From NCBI RefSeq assembly GCF_039523435.1, contig NZ_BAAAFH010000001.1:1-64000 (forward strand): a DNA stretch of 64,000 nt. Reading direction: 5' to 3'. The position numbers and the translations under genes are program-made. The notes beneath the pieces are model-generated. The model worked only from the letters and a program-made list of their open reading frames with translations, made no database searches and had not been told where the DNA came from. Source of the stretch: Wandonia haliotis. GTDB taxonomy: Bacteria > Bacteroidota > Bacteroidia > Flavobacteriales_D > Crocinitomicaceae. Numbering within the stretch: the stretch's first letter is position 1; each line of letters starts with the position of its first letter. Below, in pieces: positions 62,211-64,000 of the stretch.

Positions 62211-62326
62211 TCAATCGTTTTGCGGGTGCAAATATAACAGGTTTTTTCAATCATACTATAGATAAATGAAAATATTTTTCTCCTGTTTCATCAAGCAACT
62301 GAAAAACAAAACTATATTCTCTTATT

Positions 62327-63076
62327 TTATGAACGATCTTCCTCAAAAAGAAGTTTGGTTTTATGCTTTACTGTACGTAGCACCAATGAAATCAGAAGTG
62401 CAATCCCAAAAACGATTCCATAATACGAATGATACGTAAAGCTTCCACTGGTTACTGCGTCCCGAAAAATATCCACAAAAAGAAACCCAATAATCGTAGC
62501 AGAAACACCTGAATACTCTCTTCTCAGAATAGTTTTCATTGAAAAAGGAATCGGACTTTTTTCATAATTCCTGAAAGAAGGTATAAATGCAGGTACTTTT
62601 AAAGACCAGTTCAGATAATCTTCTCCAAACTTTCTCTCCAAAAAACGTTCCTCTGCAAACATTATTCGCTCGTAATACAACCAAAAAAGCAAACTGACCA
62701 ACAATAAAAACCAAATATTTCCGGTGTAAATAACAATACCAATCCACATCAGATAGTTCCCCAGATACAACGGATGTCTTACAGTGGAATAAATACCCTT
62801 TGTATTCAACGCTTCAGCAACCTGCTCTTTTGTATTTCTACCCGAAGTATTTTTATTGGAAGTACCGATTGCTACAGCACGTACATATTGTCCCAAAAAT
62901 GAAACAAGAGCGGCAACTCCAAGCAGAATATAGTAGTTAACCTCATCATTATCCATCCACGAATAATCTGTAAAATAGATTACCGGGATCGCCGCTAAGA
63001 ATAGAACAACAGGGATTTGACCTCTGTACTTAAACAAAAAATTTCCTGATTTTTCAAAAGAATGTATTAATGCCAT
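62327..63076 (-). CDS. Isoprenylcysteine carboxyl methyltransferase (ICMT/PEMT)-family membrane methyltransferase
   Basis: RHPLYLGNYLMWIG motif; 5-6 TM helices. Confidence 0.7.
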   Translation of the reverse strand: MALIHSFEKSGNFLFKYRGQIPVVLFLAAIPVIYFTDYSWMDNDEVNYYILLGVAALVSFLGQYVRAVAIGTSNKNTSGRNTKEQVAEALNTKGIYSTVRHPLYLGNYLMWIGIVIYTGNIWFLLLVSLLFWLYYERIMFAEERFLERKFGEDYLNWSLKVPAFIPSFRNYEKSPIPFSMKTILRREYSGVSATIIGFLFVDIFRDAVTSGSFTYHSYYGIVFGIALLISLVLRTVKHKTKLLFEEDRS

Positions 63077-63148
63077 CTAAAAGTTTTTTGTATATTTCAG
63101 ACCTACAAAATAATGCTGCGAAGTTATAAATAATTAATTCGTCCAGAC

Positions 63149-63541
63149 ATGTCGGAAAAAAAGAAATATGAATTAGAATACCTTTTGAAGACTTCTCCGA
63201 AAGTTCTTTATAATCTTGTTGCCACCCCCAGCGGTCTTAGCGAATGGTTTGCTGACAACGTAAACGTCAACAAGGATAACATTTACACATTTATCTGGGA
63301 CGGAGCAGAAGAAGAAGCTCGTTTGATTACAAAACGAAACGGAGAATGCATAAAATGGATTTGGATGTCGGACGAAGAAGAGGGTGAAAATACATATTTT
63401 GAATTCAAAATAGCCACCGATCCCATGACAAAATCTACTCTTTTCTATGTTATTGATTTCGCAGAAGAAGACGAAGTTGAAGAAGCAACTGAATTGTGGG
63501 AATCGCAAATCAACGAATTAAAACGCATACTTGGGGCGTAA
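63149..63541 (+). CDS. SRPBCC/START-like (Aha1-type) small protein
   Basis: Size, acidic C-terminal region, and the pattern LVATPSGLSEWFADNV. Confidence 0.5.
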   Translation: MSEKKKYELEYLLKTSPKVLYNLVATPSGLSEWFADNVNVNKDNIYTFIWDGAEEEARLITKRNGECIKWIWMSDEEEGENTYFEFKIATDPMTKSTLFYVIDFAEEDEVEEATELWESQINELKRILGA

Positions 63542-63583
63542 CTTTGGAAAGTACATTAAATTTGTGCTTTCGAAATTTGTGAT

Positions 63584-64000
63584 GTGAAGAAACTGTATCT
63601 TTTTAGTCTGAAGTCTTTCATCGGACCTTTTTTTATAACATTGGTAATATCAATGTTCATCCTTGTTATGCAGTTTTTCTGGAAATACATCGACGATCTT
63701 ATGGGAAAAGGGTTGGAGATTTCCATTATTATTGAATTAATTGTTTACCTCTCTGCCCATCTGATTCCATTAGCACTTCCTCTTGCTGTTCTTCTCTCTT
63801 CGATTATGACCCTGGGGAATCTGGCAGAAAATAATGAACTTACCGCCTTAAAATCTTCGGGTCTTTCTCTTTTCCGAATCATGCGTCCACTAATGACGTT
63901 CATGATTATACTCGCACTGGTAACCTTTTATTTCTCCAATTATATTATTCCGGTATCTAACCTCAAAATGCGAACTCTGATCTACGATATCCAGCAAACC
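63584..64000 (+). CDS. LptF/LptG (YjgP/YjgQ) family permease, 5' partial (runs off the window)
   Basis: N-terminal region KKLYLFSLKSFIGPFFITL...LPLAVLLSSIMTLGNLAENNELTALKSSG. GTG start at 63584. Confidence 0.7.
   Translation, partial: MKKLYLFSLKSFIGPFFITLVISMFILVMQFFWKYIDDLMGKGLEISIIIELIVYLSAHLIPLALPLAVLLSSIMTLGNLAENNELTALKSSGLSLFRIMRPLMTFMIILALVTFYFSNYIIPVSNLKMRTLIYDIQQT

Overview
This window looks like a Bacteroidota chromosome (Flavobacteriia or Cytophagia-like). It is AT-rich and carries many cargo proteins ending in type-9-secretion (T9SS) C-terminal sorting domains, several LytTR-type two-component systems, and an intact tRNA-Met(CAT) gene on the minus strand.

Three regions stand out:
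- **RNA-repair locus (13.4-20.1 kb).** A WYL-type regulator fused to a PhyH-family 2OG/Fe(II) dioxygenase is transcribed divergently from an apparent rtcB-prfH-(TPR-like ORF)-rtcB(paralog) operon. Directly after it is a cluster of tRNA-like modules (T-arms, D-arms, acceptor halves) that do not assemble into canonical tRNAs. This may be a Y-RNA-like tRNA mimic or a tRNA-gene remnant.
- **LodA/LodB-like locus (42.5-46.9 kb).** A 1078-aa protein combines an N-terminal catalase-like heme domain with a LodA/GoxA-like cysteine-tryptophylquinone (CTQ) amino-acid oxidase domain. A LodB-like flavoprotein gene follows it directly, and a second secreted flavoprotein gene lies convergent.
- **Cell-surface features.** Seven T9SS cargo genes sit in modules next to HisKA_3-like/LytTR two-component pairs. 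One cargo gene holds about five near-identical 222-bp tandem repeats. One sensor kinase is interrupted by an in-frame TAA.

Other content:
- MBOAT plus SGNH O-acyltransferase pair
- M61-like peptidase and acyl-CoA synthetase
- SplB-like radical SAM protein
- TonB-receptor-like outer-membrane protein with a terminator/antiterminator-like leader
- MFS transporter and Rrf2 regulator
- conserved MoxR-DUF58-membrane-RDD cluster
- alkyltransferase-like protein
- TrmB
- isoprenylcysteine carboxyl methyltransferase-family methyltransferase
- partial LptF/G gene at the 3' edge

No CRISPR arrays, integrases or transposases were recognised.
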